Assembly: GCA_965248355.1 (NCBI GenBank)
Contig: OZ252098.1
Location: 3,936,001-4,000,000 of the forward strand
Length of the DNA: 64,000 bases
Source: Candidatus Latescibacterota bacterium
Lineage (GTDB): Bacteria; Latescibacterota; UBA2968; UBA8231
Direction: 5' to 3'
Shown here piece by piece: positions 37,485 to 48,535 of this stretch. The notes under the pieces were generated by a model. It had not been told where the DNA came from. It ran no database searches and was given only the letters and a program-made list of their open reading frames with translations. Both the position numbers and the translations under genes were made by a program. Every line of letters starts with the position of its first letter. Position 1 is the stretch's first letter.

Positions 37485-40299
37485 CGGCCCGCCCCTGTCC
37501 GAGGCGGCGGTAGCGACGCTCGAAAGCCTCCCGCCCTCCTTCCATGATGCGGCAGACTTCCTCGCGCATGGCCGATTCCTGCAACGAACCACGTTGCGTG
37601 ACCACACACTGGCCGTTGCAGAAGTCGAGGGCGTGCAGCATTTCGGCGTCGCCGTTGACGACGACGTTGGGATTGTGGGTGACCACGACGATCTGTCGGC
37701 GGCGCTTGTTCTCCCGCATCTGCCGCACCACCAGGTCGTAGATCAGGTGGTTGTCGAGGTCGTCTTCGGGCTGGTCCAGCACCAGGGGTTCGTCGCCGTG
37801 GGCCAGCAGAAAGGCGAGCATGGCGGCCGCGCGTTGTCCCGCCGAAGCCTGGCTGATGGGGCGAAAGCCGGTGCCGTCGCCCGTGGGGCTGTACTCCACC
37901 CGCAAGCCGTCTTCAGGGAACCACGCGAGCAGGCCGTCCAGCAGGGCGGGCGAGCGTTTGGTCTCGCGCTCGAGGTAGTTGCTGAAGGCACCCCCGAAAC
38001 GGCCGTTACCTCCCGCGCTTGCCGTCTGGACACGTTCCTTCCATTGCGCGATGCGCTGTTCCATCTCCCGACCGTGCTCGTCGGCGGACTCTGGAAGGTC
38101 TGCCAGCAAGTCCACGACACTCCCCCTGGGACTGCCCCCATCGTCCGTCAGGATGTCACTTTGAAAGCGGTTGTCGATCACGTTGAGGACATCCCGCATG
38201 GAGCGCTCAACGACGCGGGCCTCGTCGCCATATGGCCGTATCGAGATGCGCACGAAGCGGTTCCCGGCAAGAGCTTGGGCGAGAAATGCCGCGCGTGCGG
38301 CAGTCACGGCGCGGCGGCAGTCGAGGACGCGATCCAGGCTCTCGCGAGCATGCGCGGCCAGCCGATCACGCTCTTCCGCCAAGGAGTCCAGATCGGCCAG
38401 TTCCCCGTCGAGCCGCTGGCGATCCTGGGTCAGGCGGCCGTATTCGCTCGGATCTGCGACGCCCTCGGCCTGAAGGTCGCGAACGAGCGCGTCGTAGTCG
38501 TCCTCGGCCTGCCGGGCCGCGGATGTCCAAGTGCTGTCTGCGAGTGCCCGGCGCTGCGCAGCCAGCGCCTCACTCAGACGTGCGGCCGCCCTGGGCAAGT
38601 CCTGGCGGGCGGCTTCGACCGAAGAGGCCAGGTCAGCAATGATCGCCGCGGCGGCCGCATCCTCCGGTGAGTCGTCGAAGGTCCCTGCCGGCAGATCCTC
38701 GGGCAGCAATTCCTCGGCGCGGGCTTCGATTCGCCCGGCGATCTCCTCGGCCGTCTCGAACTGCCGCTCGAGCTCGCGGCGCTGTCTACGCCGGCGCTGG
38801 TAGGTCGCAAGAACGGCCTGATGGCCTGCCTCCTCGAAGCGGCTGAGCTTGCGGTGGGTGTCCTGCCGTTCCACCTCCAGACCGTCCCGGGCCTGCAACT
38901 GCGTCTCGAGTTCCCGCACCCGCGCCCGCAGCGTCTGGAAGGCGTTGACGGCTTCGGCAAGCTTCCGCTTCGGCCCGTTCGTATCTGCGGCATCGTCGAT
39001 CACGCCGAGCAGCGCCTGCTGGTTGTCGCCGGCCAGTTCGGCGATCTGCCCCTGGTTGAAGATGCGCAAGGGAAAGCGTTGGCTGTTTACGCTCTGTACC
39101 GGCGACTCCTGCCAGGCGGCGCCGGCCTCCTCCTCCACGACAACACCCTTGGCCTCCTGGCGCCAATGGACGCGATGCCGCACTTCGTCTCGGACCACAG
39201 TCCACGTGATCGCGGTCGAGGCCCGCAGGCCGCCGTCCTCACTCCGTTGCGAAGGCAGGCGGTCGAAACGCTCGAAGGTCCGCCGCACCGGACTGTGGGT
39301 GTCGAGACGGGTCAAGTCCGTGTGGCGCCTCGATGCGAGCCTGAGAGCATGGACCACCGTGGACTTTCCGGTTCCCCGCCCGCCGACCAGGGCGTTGAGC
39401 CAGGGGCTGAACTCGATCCGGGCGGGTTCGCCGCGCCCCATGAAGCGGGCATCGCTGATCTCGATGGATTCGATGTAATGAGTCGGCAGCCTGTTCGGAT
39501 CGAAGGGGTCAGGATCGTCGCTGCGCCGGATGGAAAAGCCGGGTCCGTCGAGCAGAGCCAGACGCAGTCCTTCCAAGGAGGGCACGGACATCTTCACCCA
39601 AGTGGAGTGCGAGCCGGGGGTCCGCTTTCCCGACGCAAGAGCCGGGTGATGAGAATCCGATCCGAGCACCTCGGCCCATGCGAGCTTGCGCTGCCGGTAG
39701 AGTTCGGGCGGGTCCGACGCCGGATCGACCACCTCCATGGCAAACAGGGCGGAGCAATCGAGCAGGGGGCCGAGGCTGCTTCCGGGCAACCCCCAGGCCC
39801 CTGAGGGGCCGTCTGCGTGTGCGGGTATCGCGATGGCTCCGTTCTCCGCGATGGCCTTCACTACTTCAATGACCGACGCATCGGCGGCCCGGTCGCCTTG
39901 CCCGCGCACACCCTTGTATCGGACCGCTCCGAGGAGCGCGTTGATGTCCGCGGATCCCTTCGCCGTATCGAAGAGGGCGAGCAGGTGAATGCCGGCGTTG
40001 GCGGTGATCTCGACGCCGGGGAAGAGATGCAGCGGACAATAGTCGGGGTGGTCCTGGAGTCCTTTCAGCGCCTCTTTCAGCTTGTCGATCCACTCGCCGG
40101 AGTTATGGTCCGTAACCGCCACGCAGTCCACCTCGGCCCGCATGAAGCCGAGCAGCCAGTCTTCCGGTGTGATCTGCCGCAGGGAATCCTGGTTTTCCCC
40201 CTTGCCGTAGTCCGCAGATGCGGGCGTATGGGTGTGGAAATCGAACTTCCACCACCGTGCCCCAGGGTAGGGCCACTCATGTTCTGTGCTGATGGTCAT
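37474..40299 (-). CDS. PHP phosphoesterase fused to SMC/ABC-like ATPase (Ppl/TrlF-like architecture)
   Basis: PHP motifs DFHTHTP, VTDHN, GVE, IPAH, GSDSH; Walker A GGRGTGKS, coiled coil, SAGQR, LDQPEDDLD, VTHN. Confidence 0.88.
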   Translation of the reverse strand: MTISTEHEWPYPGARWWKFDFHTHTPASADYGKGENQDSLRQITPEDWLLGFMRAEVDCVAVTDHNSGEWIDKLKEALKGLQDHPDYCPLHLFPGVEITANAGIHLLALFDTAKGSADINALLGAVRYKGVRGQGDRAADASVIEVVKAIAENGAIAIPAHADGPSGAWGLPGSSLGPLLDCSALFAMEVVDPASDPPELYRQRKLAWAEVLGSDSHHPALASGKRTPGSHSTWVKMSVPSLEGLRLALLDGPGFSIRRSDDPDPFDPNRLPTHYIESIEISDARFMGRGEPARIEFSPWLNALVGGRGTGKSTVVHALRLASRRHTDLTRLDTHSPVRRTFERFDRLPSQRSEDGGLRASTAITWTVVRDEVRHRVHWRQEAKGVVVEEEAGAAWQESPVQSVNSQRFPLRIFNQGQIAELAGDNQQALLGVIDDAADTNGPKRKLAEAVNAFQTLRARVRELETQLQARDGLEVERQDTHRKLSRFEEAGHQAVLATYQRRRRQRRELERQFETAEEIAGRIEARAEELLPEDLPAGTFDDSPEDAAAAAIIADLASSVEAARQDLPRAAARLSEALAAQRRALADSTWTSAARQAEDDYDALVRDLQAEGVADPSEYGRLTQDRQRLDGELADLDSLAEERDRLAAHARESLDRVLDCRRAVTAARAAFLAQALAGNRFVRISIRPYGDEARVVERSMRDVLNVIDNRFQSDILTDDGGSPRGSVVDLLADLPESADEHGREMEQRIAQWKERVQTASAGGNGRFGGAFSNYLERETKRSPALLDGLLAWFPEDGLRVEYSPTGDGTGFRPISQASAGQRAAAMLAFLLAHGDEPLVLDQPEDDLDNHLIYDLVVRQMRENKRRRQIVVVTHNPNVVVNGDAEMLHALDFCNGQCVVTQRGSLQESAMREEVCRIMEGGREAFERRYRRLGQGRADVR

Positions 40300-40426
40300 G
40301 GCTGCTTTGCCTCTGATTGGTTCCGGCGCGTCTGCTCTCGGCCTGATTTCATGTGGACCACCCTACGCCCTCATCCCGTGAAACTTGCCGGCAATCCAGA
40401 AGGTAATTGTGCGCACGATTCGGGGC

Positions 40427-41905
40427 TCATTTCGCACGATTCCCGGGCATGTCGAGGGACGGCTCGGGGAGGTATCGGGCACCCCTGCCCTTGCCCTCCA
40501 TGCGAAGGAAGCCGCCCTCGACGAGGCGGCGCAGCTCGCGGGCGGCGGCATAGCGGCTGACCGCGAAGATCCTGCGGTAGTCGGCGTTGCTCAGGCTCGG
40601 GTGCCGGAGGAAATGCTCGCGCAGGCCCGCTGACCGAGAGCTGGCGAATTCGGCGATTCCGGGGGCTGCATCCGGCCCCGCGGCAACCGGCTCGTTGTAG
40701 AGACGGACGGAGAACACGCCGTCCTCCATCTCGACCTCCGGCTCCCGCAGGAAGCTCTCCTCCATCTCTTCGAAGATCCGCGCGACGCCCTCTCCCTCGT
40801 CGCGCATGACCCCGGCATCGGCCAGCACCCGCACGATGAGGGGATTGCGGGTGGCGTGGGCAGGAAGGCGCTCCCGAAGCTTGGCGAGGGTCACGGGGGG
40901 TAGCAGATCGCCGGGGCTCGACACCTCCATTCGGTCTTCGTAGAACCAGGCTTCCACTTCGCGGCCCTGATACTCGTAGTCCCGGTGGGCGAAGGCATTG
41001 ACGATAGCCTCCTGCCAGGCGAAGTCGGGGTATTCGGGGACCTCTTCGAAAAAGAGGCCGTTGAGCTTTTCGGAGCGGTGGACCTGCTGGCCGGCGAGCC
41101 TGTGGGCTTCGGCAATCGCCCTCGCGAGCGGTGGGTCGGCGCGGCCGACCTGCGTTACGTTTCTTCGCCGGCCATGCTGACGGCTCGTCCCGGCGACCCG
41201 AAACAGCCGCAGACCCGCGCGCGGATGCCACCGGAGCGCGGGCGCCCTGGCGAACAGCAGGAGCGCGGCGTTGGTGACCCGCCACTCCTGCGCGGCCTGC
41301 TCGATCAGGCCGTAGTAGCTGAGTGCCTCCGTGACCGGGCGCGCTCCGAAAGGGGTGCGGTCCAGGAATTCCCGGGCAAGTTCCAGGTCGAGGTCGTCCA
41401 GGGTCGCGTCCGCGCGGTAGCGTTGCTCGTAACCGACTCGGCGGTAGACCTGCTTGCGTTCGTTGATGACTTCCTGCGGCTCTCGCGTCACGTGGTCGCC
41501 GACGCGATACGGGAAGCCGTTGCCGTCGATCATGACCGCTTCGGGAGCGATCGGCACGCTGAACACGAGCACTTCGATTCCGGCGATGCTCAGCCGGCCG
41601 CTGCGGCATGAAACCGGCGGCCTCAGCCGCTTCCGCGGAACAGAAACAAACTCCTCGATCACGTCGTCAGGATAGTCGCAGCCCGTCGGCGTTCCGTCGT
41701 CTTCGACACCGATCAGGAGCAGGCCGCCGTCGGCATTGGCGAAGGCCGCGACCGACTCGGCGATGGTGTCCCGAACCGCCCGGCGCCTGACCTGCTTCGG
41801 CGTGTCGCCGCTCCGGTCCCAGGCCGACTTGAACTCCAGGAACTGCCCCTCGTCGCGGGAGACCAGGTCGCGAAGCTCCCCTTCGGTGAGTATCGGCGTC
41901 TTCAT
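40427..41905 (-). CDS. Schlafen/AlbA_2 + HATPase_c_4 + winged-HTH protein
   Basis: EGQFLEFKS, VAAFANADGGLLLIGVED, EAIVNAFAHRDY, RNP, C-terminal A.RELRRLVE.G...GKGRGARY; start overlaps the pglX stop. Confidence 0.85.
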   Translation of the reverse strand: MKTPILTEGELRDLVSRDEGQFLEFKSAWDRSGDTPKQVRRRAVRDTIAESVAAFANADGGLLLIGVEDDGTPTGCDYPDDVIEEFVSVPRKRLRPPVSCRSGRLSIAGIEVLVFSVPIAPEAVMIDGNGFPYRVGDHVTREPQEVINERKQVYRRVGYEQRYRADATLDDLDLELAREFLDRTPFGARPVTEALSYYGLIEQAAQEWRVTNAALLLFARAPALRWHPRAGLRLFRVAGTSRQHGRRRNVTQVGRADPPLARAIAEAHRLAGQQVHRSEKLNGLFFEEVPEYPDFAWQEAIVNAFAHRDYEYQGREVEAWFYEDRMEVSSPGDLLPPVTLAKLRERLPAHATRNPLIVRVLADAGVMRDEGEGVARIFEEMEESFLREPEVEMEDGVFSVRLYNEPVAAGPDAAPGIAEFASSRSAGLREHFLRHPSLSNADYRRIFAVSRYAAARELRRLVEGGFLRMEGKGRGARYLPEPSLDMPGNRAK

Positions 41906-43601
41906 CCGGGGAGCTCCTGGGCCATCGTCAGCTCCCGCTCCCGGGCGTTGTGTTTGGCGGTGGCGGTGTAGTGGAGGTCATTCCAGCGGTTACCGTCGAA
42001 GTCCGGACCGCCGGGAAAATCGGTGCGTTCGGCCTGCCCGCTGGCTCCGGGGCAGCTCCAAAACCAGGGGAACTCCTCCCGTGGACGCAGCTCCTCGTCG
42101 GCGTCCGGGTCCCAGACATCGTCCTCCAGCCAGGGAGGCTTCGACCGTTTGCCGCGGGTCAGGGGTTCCTTGCCGCGGTCCTTCCTCCAGTGAATGTTCG
42201 GCTTGGAGCGCAGGATACCGGCGCCCTTCTTGCCTCCGGGGATGTCCTCGGCCATGAAGGGCCGGATGTTGAGGCGCACGCCGTCGTTGATGTCCGGCTC
42301 CCAGCCGATGGGCTGCTCTTTGAGGGGCTTCCAGCGGACGAAGATGTCGAAGGGGGGCTCGCCTTCGAGGATGGCGGCCAGGCGCTTCTGCAGTTCAAGC
42401 GCAGCGACAAGACGGTCGTCCGTTGCTTCTTCGCCGCGTTTCACGCCGTCCCGTTGGCGGGTGATCCAGTCGCCGAGATAGCTCCAGGTCAGGGATTCGA
42501 GGAGTTGGCGGCCCTTGCCTTGACCCTCGACCAGCTTGTGGTAGTTGACCAGGGCCTGGAAGCCGTCGCGCCGGCCGTCATGGATGTGCCAGAGGAAGGG
42601 GCGGTGCCAGAGGAAGGGGCGGTGGTGGAAGAGCTTGCAATGCTCCTCGAAGAAGCGGTTGCGGAGCCAGTCGTCGAGAGAGGCGGTGCCTGCTTGGGCG
42701 AGGAGTTTGCCGAGCATGCCGTCGTCCCAGGCTGCGCCGAAGGCGGCTGCCAGCAGTCCGAGGAGCCGGTCGCCGGCGGGCGGCTCGCCGCGTACGGAGG
42801 GGATGCAGACGATGCCGTCCTTGTCGGCGTGGGGTAGCAGGCTCTCGCAACGCCTCACCCATTCGCGCTGCTCTTCGGAGAGCTCCATGTCGGCATCCTT
42901 CTCCGTGGGCCAGCGGTAACCGAGCAGGCGGGCGATCGCGACCTGCAACACAGTGGGGTCGGTGCGGAGAGGGCCATGAGCAGTCCACTTCAGGGTTTCG
43001 TTCCAGACGACCGACCCGCAGGGGTGGCCGTGGAAGATCCATTGGGTGGGGTCGTCGGAGTAGGGGCGGGGGAGGCCGTTGGGGTATAGTTCGCCGGCGA
43101 CCGTGGTCCAGTGGTCGAGGTCGAATGGGACCATCGTCAATGTTCCAGCTGTGACGTTGAGCTTTTGGTCGATGGACCGTACATCCTCGTGGTATTGATC
43201 TGACTGGACATAAGACCAAACAGCAGGGTTCAGACCGGCATCCCTCGGCGAAATCGGGCATACGTTGTCGTCAAAGACCTCCCCAGCGTAGAGAAAAGGC
43301 TCCAATCGCCGCATCTTGTTGACCGCGACTCCGGTACGCCCAAAGACACGCTGGCCGTGTATCCTACAGCCCTTTTGCACACTGAGGTCCGAATCGGTCA
43401 ATGATACCTTGCATACCTGCATCCGACCGGACCATTCCGTTCCGTTTGGCGAGTTCAGCCACTTGACATGATGTGATGCAGTGGCGGGGAACTCCCAGAA
43501 ACAGGCCAGGAATCGAGGGCCATCGCCGGTTGTGCTGCCCTTTCCATAGTCTGCAATGTTTGCCAGCAGCTCTCCTCTCTTTGGGCTATCGGTAGTGATG
43601 A

Positions 43602-45149
43602 CCCTAACGTTGCATAAATCTGTTTGAAGGCGGTGGTGTGATCAGGCGGCATCCTTCAGTGTTTCGAGGAAATGCAACAGATCTTTTTCCACTTTTGGAT
43701 TGGAGTTCAGGGTCAGGGTCAACTCGCCCTTGGGCCGAGTGAGGCGCCCGGCGCGCTGAATGAAGCGATGACGCAGAGTGTCCAAGGTCTGGAAGGTCCA
43801 CGCCGCCGGGCGTTTGGCGCGCGAATAGTTGGATCGCGCCTGCGCCCGCATCTGCATTTCGCGTCCCAGATTGTGGGCCATCATCGCACACAAAGTCACC
43901 ATCTGGTTGCCGAGCAGCCGCCGGGTGGGGATCAGATCCAGCCCGGCCTGTTGCTTGGCCTCGGCGAAGATCCCTTCCTGGGCGCCGCGGCCATAGTGGA
44001 AGAGGAGCACGCGGCGGGCCGAGATCCTCTTGTTGGTCACCAGAACGCGGTACTCATGATCGATGGGCCGGGGTTCGAACAGATCCAGTTGCAGCGGTTC
44101 CTTGGTCTGACGCGCGACCGCACGGCGGACCAAGAGAAATCGGTACGAGGCGGGCCAGCGTTGGGGTTTCCAGTCACTCTCGAAATAGGCGCAGTGTTCA
44201 TCGAGAAAGCGCCAGCGCTGGCGCGCTTCGATCTGGTCCTTGAGTACGGGGAAGCGTTCGAAAGGGACACTGATCGTGCATTCGACGCCATACAGGTCCA
44301 GGAGCGTGAGCGTGTCCTGGCTGAAGAAGGCACTGTCGAGTCGGGACTCGAGCACGGTAGGCGCCAGCGCGTCGCGCACCCGATCGAAGGCGTCCATCAT
44401 GAACGCATGGGCGTCCTTGCTGTCATGGACGTTGCCGGGGCGGTGAAGGACATCGAAGAACTGTCCGGTCTGCGCCACCGTACAGAACAGGTTGTAATAG
44501 CTGCGCGCCCCTTTCTTTTTCGGATTATAGCCCACGGCGGTCCCTTCGGCATGACCACAAGTGGAGATCACCGAGCCGTCGAAGTCGAGGGTCAGACGGG
44601 GGAACCGCTCGCGCTGGAGCGCCTGCACCACCAGGACCGAAGACAGGTGGCGCACTTTTTCGATACTCGAACGGCCCATTCTTGCGAGGGCGCGACTGAG
44701 GGTGGCCACGTCCGGCAGGCGGCGCAAGCCCAACAGACGCAGCACCACCGGATCGTCCCGGTAATAGTCCATGTCTCGCAGCCGCCGGAAGCCCAGCAGC
44801 AGATGCACGATGAGCAACAACACCATGAGATGGGGACCAAAGATCGCGGAGCTCTTGGCGGGGAAGCACGACTTCAGCCGAGTCTTCAGATCCAGGCGCC
44901 GGAAGAGCAGTTGAAAAACGATGGCTCCCGCAAAGGAAGTCAGCTGTTGATCCTCGAAGCGAAGATGCGGGAGCTTGTGAAAACGGGCCAAAATGTCTTC
45001 TTTTCTGAACCTCACTTGCGGTGTCCTTCTGAAAGGGGTCGATACATGTCTTGGTCGACAGTATCAAATACCCCTTTTTCAGAGGGCGCCGCAAGTGACA
45101 ATGGGCCGTTCGGAGGAGGAAAAAGCCCTGTTCTTATGCAACCAGAGGG
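43602..45149 (-). mobile_element. IS1380-family insertion sequence
   Basis: IRs ccctaacgttgcataa / ccctctggttgcataa; flanking duplication atga (4 bp, or gatgac 6 bp if ends are taken as cc/gg). Confidence 0.9.
43642..45015 (-). CDS. IS1380-family transposase
   Basis: LTSFAG, TLSR, TLDFDGS, RPGNVH, RLDSAF, RGAQE.IF.E.K. Confidence 0.9.
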   Translation of the reverse strand: MRFRKEDILARFHKLPHLRFEDQQLTSFAGAIVFQLLFRRLDLKTRLKSCFPAKSSAIFGPHLMVLLLIVHLLLGFRRLRDMDYYRDDPVVLRLLGLRRLPDVATLSRALARMGRSSIEKVRHLSSVLVVQALQRERFPRLTLDFDGSVISTCGHAEGTAVGYNPKKKGARSYYNLFCTVAQTGQFFDVLHRPGNVHDSKDAHAFMMDAFDRVRDALAPTVLESRLDSAFFSQDTLTLLDLYGVECTISVPFERFPVLKDQIEARQRWRFLDEHCAYFESDWKPQRWPASYRFLLVRRAVARQTKEPLQLDLFEPRPIDHEYRVLVTNKRISARRVLLFHYGRGAQEGIFAEAKQQAGLDLIPTRRLLGNQMVTLCAMMAHNLGREMQMRAQARSNYSRAKRPAAWTFQTLDTLRHRFIQRAGRLTRPKGELTLTLNSNPKVEKDLLHFLETLKDAA

Positions 45150-47151
45150 ATGACTTGATTTGGGTTCTTCAGGTAATCCCGCTGGCTGTGTCCCGCCATC
45201 CTCACCTCGCGTAGACTCGCGGCCTTCTCTCCTGCGGTTCGAAACTTGGAGACGTCCAGGCCGTGCATCATGCCGGCTCGCGTCCCTTCGCTGAACCGCC
45301 CGCTCTTCTGCTGTCGAGGCTTGCCGCGGCTCAAAGTGAGCAGGATGGCCTGGACGACCTCGCCGCTGATGGTTTCGAACGCTCCCGGCCCCAGAAGGGC
45401 AAGCAAGTGCCAAGTCTCCTCCTTGAGCAGTCTCTCCCGGAGTTTCTTGTAGCTCTTGAGAAACCGCCAGTTCTGCGGCAGCACGAGACTAACGGTTCCA
45501 CCCTCCGCACACAGCTCCAGGCAGCGCTGCAGGAACACGGTGGCCAAGTCGTTCTTGGCGGCGGGGTACTTCGCCAGGCAGAAATCGCGCAGCGTTTCCA
45601 CCTGCTTGCCGCGGGTGAGATACGGCACGTTGGTGATCACCAGGTGATAGCTTCCTGCCATCAGCTCCGCGGCGCTCGCCATCCCCCGCGCGGTGACGGC
45701 CCGCTCCGCCTGCTCGTCGGAGGTCAACTCCTGTTTGAGGACCGCGGCGAAGAGCGACCGCACCGACTCGTAGTCGCTTTGAAAAAGGTCGCCCTTCAGC
45801 TCGCGCGGATCGGTGAGGGAGCCGCGCTCCGGGGCCTTCCCGAAGAGATCGTGGAGCTCTTCCAAGCTGTTGCGGAGCCGCGCCGAGAGCAGGTTGTCAT
45901 CGACCCCGAAGAGGCTGCGGTCGGCCGGCATCCCGCCGGCCTCCGCGGCCTGCTGTGCCAAGTCGATCCACTGTTCCTTCGTGGCGTTGGGGGCGAGGCC
46001 GGAGCAGGCGAGGCGCAGCTCCGGCAGGGGGCGGTACCCGCCCGCGCCGGGGTAGGTCCAGGCAGCGAGGGCGAGGGCGAAGGCCGCAAGCTCGACGCAG
46101 CGGGGGTCCAGCTCCAGCCCATACAGGTTCTCCCTCAACACCGCGTCGATGGCCTCGGGCAGGGCGAGCCCCTCCTGCTCCATGCGCATGGGAACCAGCA
46201 TGGAAAAGGCGGCGACCAGGAAGTGGCCGGAGCCGCAGCAGGGGTCGAGGACCTTCAGGTCTCCGAGGTGGTCCGGCCATGCGTCGAAGGCGCCGGCGGC
46301 AGGGCGCCATCCCCTCTGCTCCTCGGTCTCTTCACTTCGCACGAAGCGCAGGAAATCGAGGGGCGCGCCGGGGACCGCCGCCATCCGGCGCAGGGTGGCT
46401 TCGGTGTCAGCTTCCCGCAGATCGGCTTCGCTCAGGCGGCGTGACGCCCACCACGCTCCGAGGGTGTTGTCGAGCAGAAAGCTCACCATGTAGGGCTCGG
46501 TGAAGAGCTGCGTCACCGCGGGCAACTCGTCGGCGCCGACCTTAACCTCGGAACGGTTGACCTCGGCCTTCTTCCTCGACTGCCAGAACTGGTAGACCCA
46601 CCCGAGAGAATCGGTGGCAGCGAACACCTCGGGGGGAAGACCCTCGACAAGCCCTTCGAGCTTGAGCCGGTGTTCCCGCGCCAAGCGGACCTCGAAGGCC
46701 GGGTGATCGGGCCGGAACACCTGGGGCAGCATGCCATGGGCGAAGCGCGCGGCCATGGTCCACTTGTCGGCGCCCTCCTCCTTGCCCAGTTCCTCGCATT
46801 CTTCGAGGGTGACGGGGACGTCATGCTCCGGCTCGATGAGCAGTCGATTCTCGGCGAGGAAGCGGGCGAACAGCATGCCGTGCCAGTGCTCGTACGCGCA
46901 CTCGTGCACCAGGTGCCCGATCTCATGACCTCTGGAGCGAGGGTCGCGGGAGTCGCCGAGTTGCCGGGCGCGGGCGCGCAGCCGCTGGCGCAGCGTGCGC
47001 TGGCCGGCGCTCATGTGGGGGTACGGCTCGCGGTGGTGCACGGCCAGCCCCTTCAGGGCCACGCGGGCGCCGGTCTCGGCAGCGTCGCGGGCATCCGCGA
47101 TTGTCCGCTCAAGCTGCTTCCGCAGGTTCGGGGCCAGCGTCTTCATTGAAA

Positions 47152-47403
47152 CTACTCCAGCGGGGCGGTCTTGCCCGTCAACTCGATGTAGAGCGCATCC
47201 GGGCAGAGTTCAATCTCTTCGCTCCACGCAACCGCTCCGTGTGGAGCCACGTGGACACGGTCGAAGAAGCCTGGATCCTCCCATGCGCGAAACACTCCCT
47301 TGCCGATCATATCGGAAAGGTCGACTTCCCCCGCGGATCCGTCCGAATACCGGAGCCAGATTCGAAAGTCAGGGCGAGGTTCAACCTGTGCCACACGGTT
47401 CAT
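47152..47403 (-). CDS. DUF2442-like small protein
   Basis: L.YSDG..GEVDL, F..V, VAW...ELCPDALY. Confidence 0.75.
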   Translation of the reverse strand: MNRVAQVEPRPDFRIWLRYSDGSAGEVDLSDMIGKGVFRAWEDPGFFDRVHVAPHGAVAWSEEIELCPDALYIELTGKTAPLE

Positions 47404-47419
47404 CGGTTCCTCTCCGGCA

Positions 47420-48535
47420 TTATCCCTTCCTCCTGTCCAGAGACTTCAAGGACGTTTGTCCTTCACGTTTCTCGCACACGACGATGCTTGCAGGCGTTTC
47501 TCTGAGCGCATCGACGATAATGTCAGAATGGGTAGTGACGATCAACTGGCACCGCTCCGACGCTCCGAGCAGAATGTCGGCGAGGCCGGGAAGGATGTCG
47601 GGATGGAGACCCAGTTCCGGTTGCTCGATACAAATGAGCGGCGGTGGGTTCGGGTGGCAGAGAATGGCGAGCAGGCAGAGGTAGCGGATCGTACTGTCGG
47701 ACAGCCGCATGGCGGGGATGATGACGTTGCCTTCCTGGAGAATCACCTGCACGGTGCCACCCTCTATGACCACGTCGAAGTCCACGATGTCTTCGTAGAG
47801 TTGACGCAAGGCATTCAGGAAGTTCCCCCTGGCCCTTGGTTCTCGTCGCAGACGGTTCAAGACCAGGCCGAGGTTATGACCGCCCTCGATCAGGACATCG
47901 TTAGGGAGGGCGGTGTCCTGGGGTAGTTGCGGGGGCGTGTTCCTGCCGAAGGACCAATCACGATACAGCCGTATGCGGGGATACATGTCCCCAAGCCAGG
48001 TGATTTCCGGATAGAAATCGGGAGCCCGGCGCTGGGCGAGGATGGACTGCCGGGGGTTGAGGTCGCCGGGGCCCAACTGTCTCTGGATTCCGTCCTTGCA
48101 ATGCAGGACCGCGTGGTCACCGTGCCGCTCGAAGTAGATACGGGGCTTGTCCTGGCCGGGATGTGCATCTTCGGTTTCTATCCGTTCGTCAGTCAATTCG
48201 AAGCGTTGCCCCTCCTCCGTAAAGGTGAGGCTGTGGCGCAAGGCCTGCTTGCCATGCGGGTTGTCCAGGACCGCCTCAACGTGGGCAGACGATGCCTCGG
48301 GTTGACCTTTCCATATCCAATCGCCGACACCCCCGCCGTCACTGATGGGCGTCGTCAACTCCTTCGGCGCGGCTTTCAGCAGCCCAATTGCCTCTATGAG
48401 ATTGGACTTGCCGGACCCGTTCGGACCGATGAGCACGTTGAGCGGCTTGAGATCCAGGTCCTGCTCGTCCGGGCCAAAGGAAAGAACGTTCTTGAGCTTG
48501 ATTCGGTGCATGAACATGGGTCCGGGCTTGCTCAC
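47420..48535 (-). CDS. AAA_21/ABC-type ATPase, C-terminus possibly clipped
   Basis: LNVLIGPNGSGKSN, LSDST, IEQPELGLHPD, VTTHS. Confidence 0.85.
   Translation of the reverse strand: MSKPGPMFMHRIKLKNVLSFGPDEQDLDLKPLNVLIGPNGSGKSNLIEAIGLLKAAPKELTTPISDGGGVGDWIWKGQPEASSAHVEAVLDNPHGKQALRHSLTFTEEGQRFELTDERIETEDAHPGQDKPRIYFERHGDHAVLHCKDGIQRQLGPGDLNPRQSILAQRRAPDFYPEITWLGDMYPRIRLYRDWSFGRNTPPQLPQDTALPNDVLIEGGHNLGLVLNRLRREPRARGNFLNALRQLYEDIVDFDVVIEGGTVQVILQEGNVIIPAMRLSDSTIRYLCLLAILCHPNPPPLICIEQPELGLHPDILPGLADILLGASERCQLIVTTHSDIIVDALRETPASIVVCEKREGQTSLKSLDRRKG

Larger units (their letters stand above)
41902..47146 (-). pseudogene. pglX: BREX adenine methyltransferase PglX interrupted by IS1380
   Basis: TQLFTEPYMV, DPCCGSGHFL, TNVPY, C-terminal WEPDINDGVRLNIRP; removing IS plus one TSD gives 3693 nt (1231 codons) in frame (NPNQVI|TTDSPKRGELL..GSTTGDGPRF..MQVCK). 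Confidence 0.92.
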
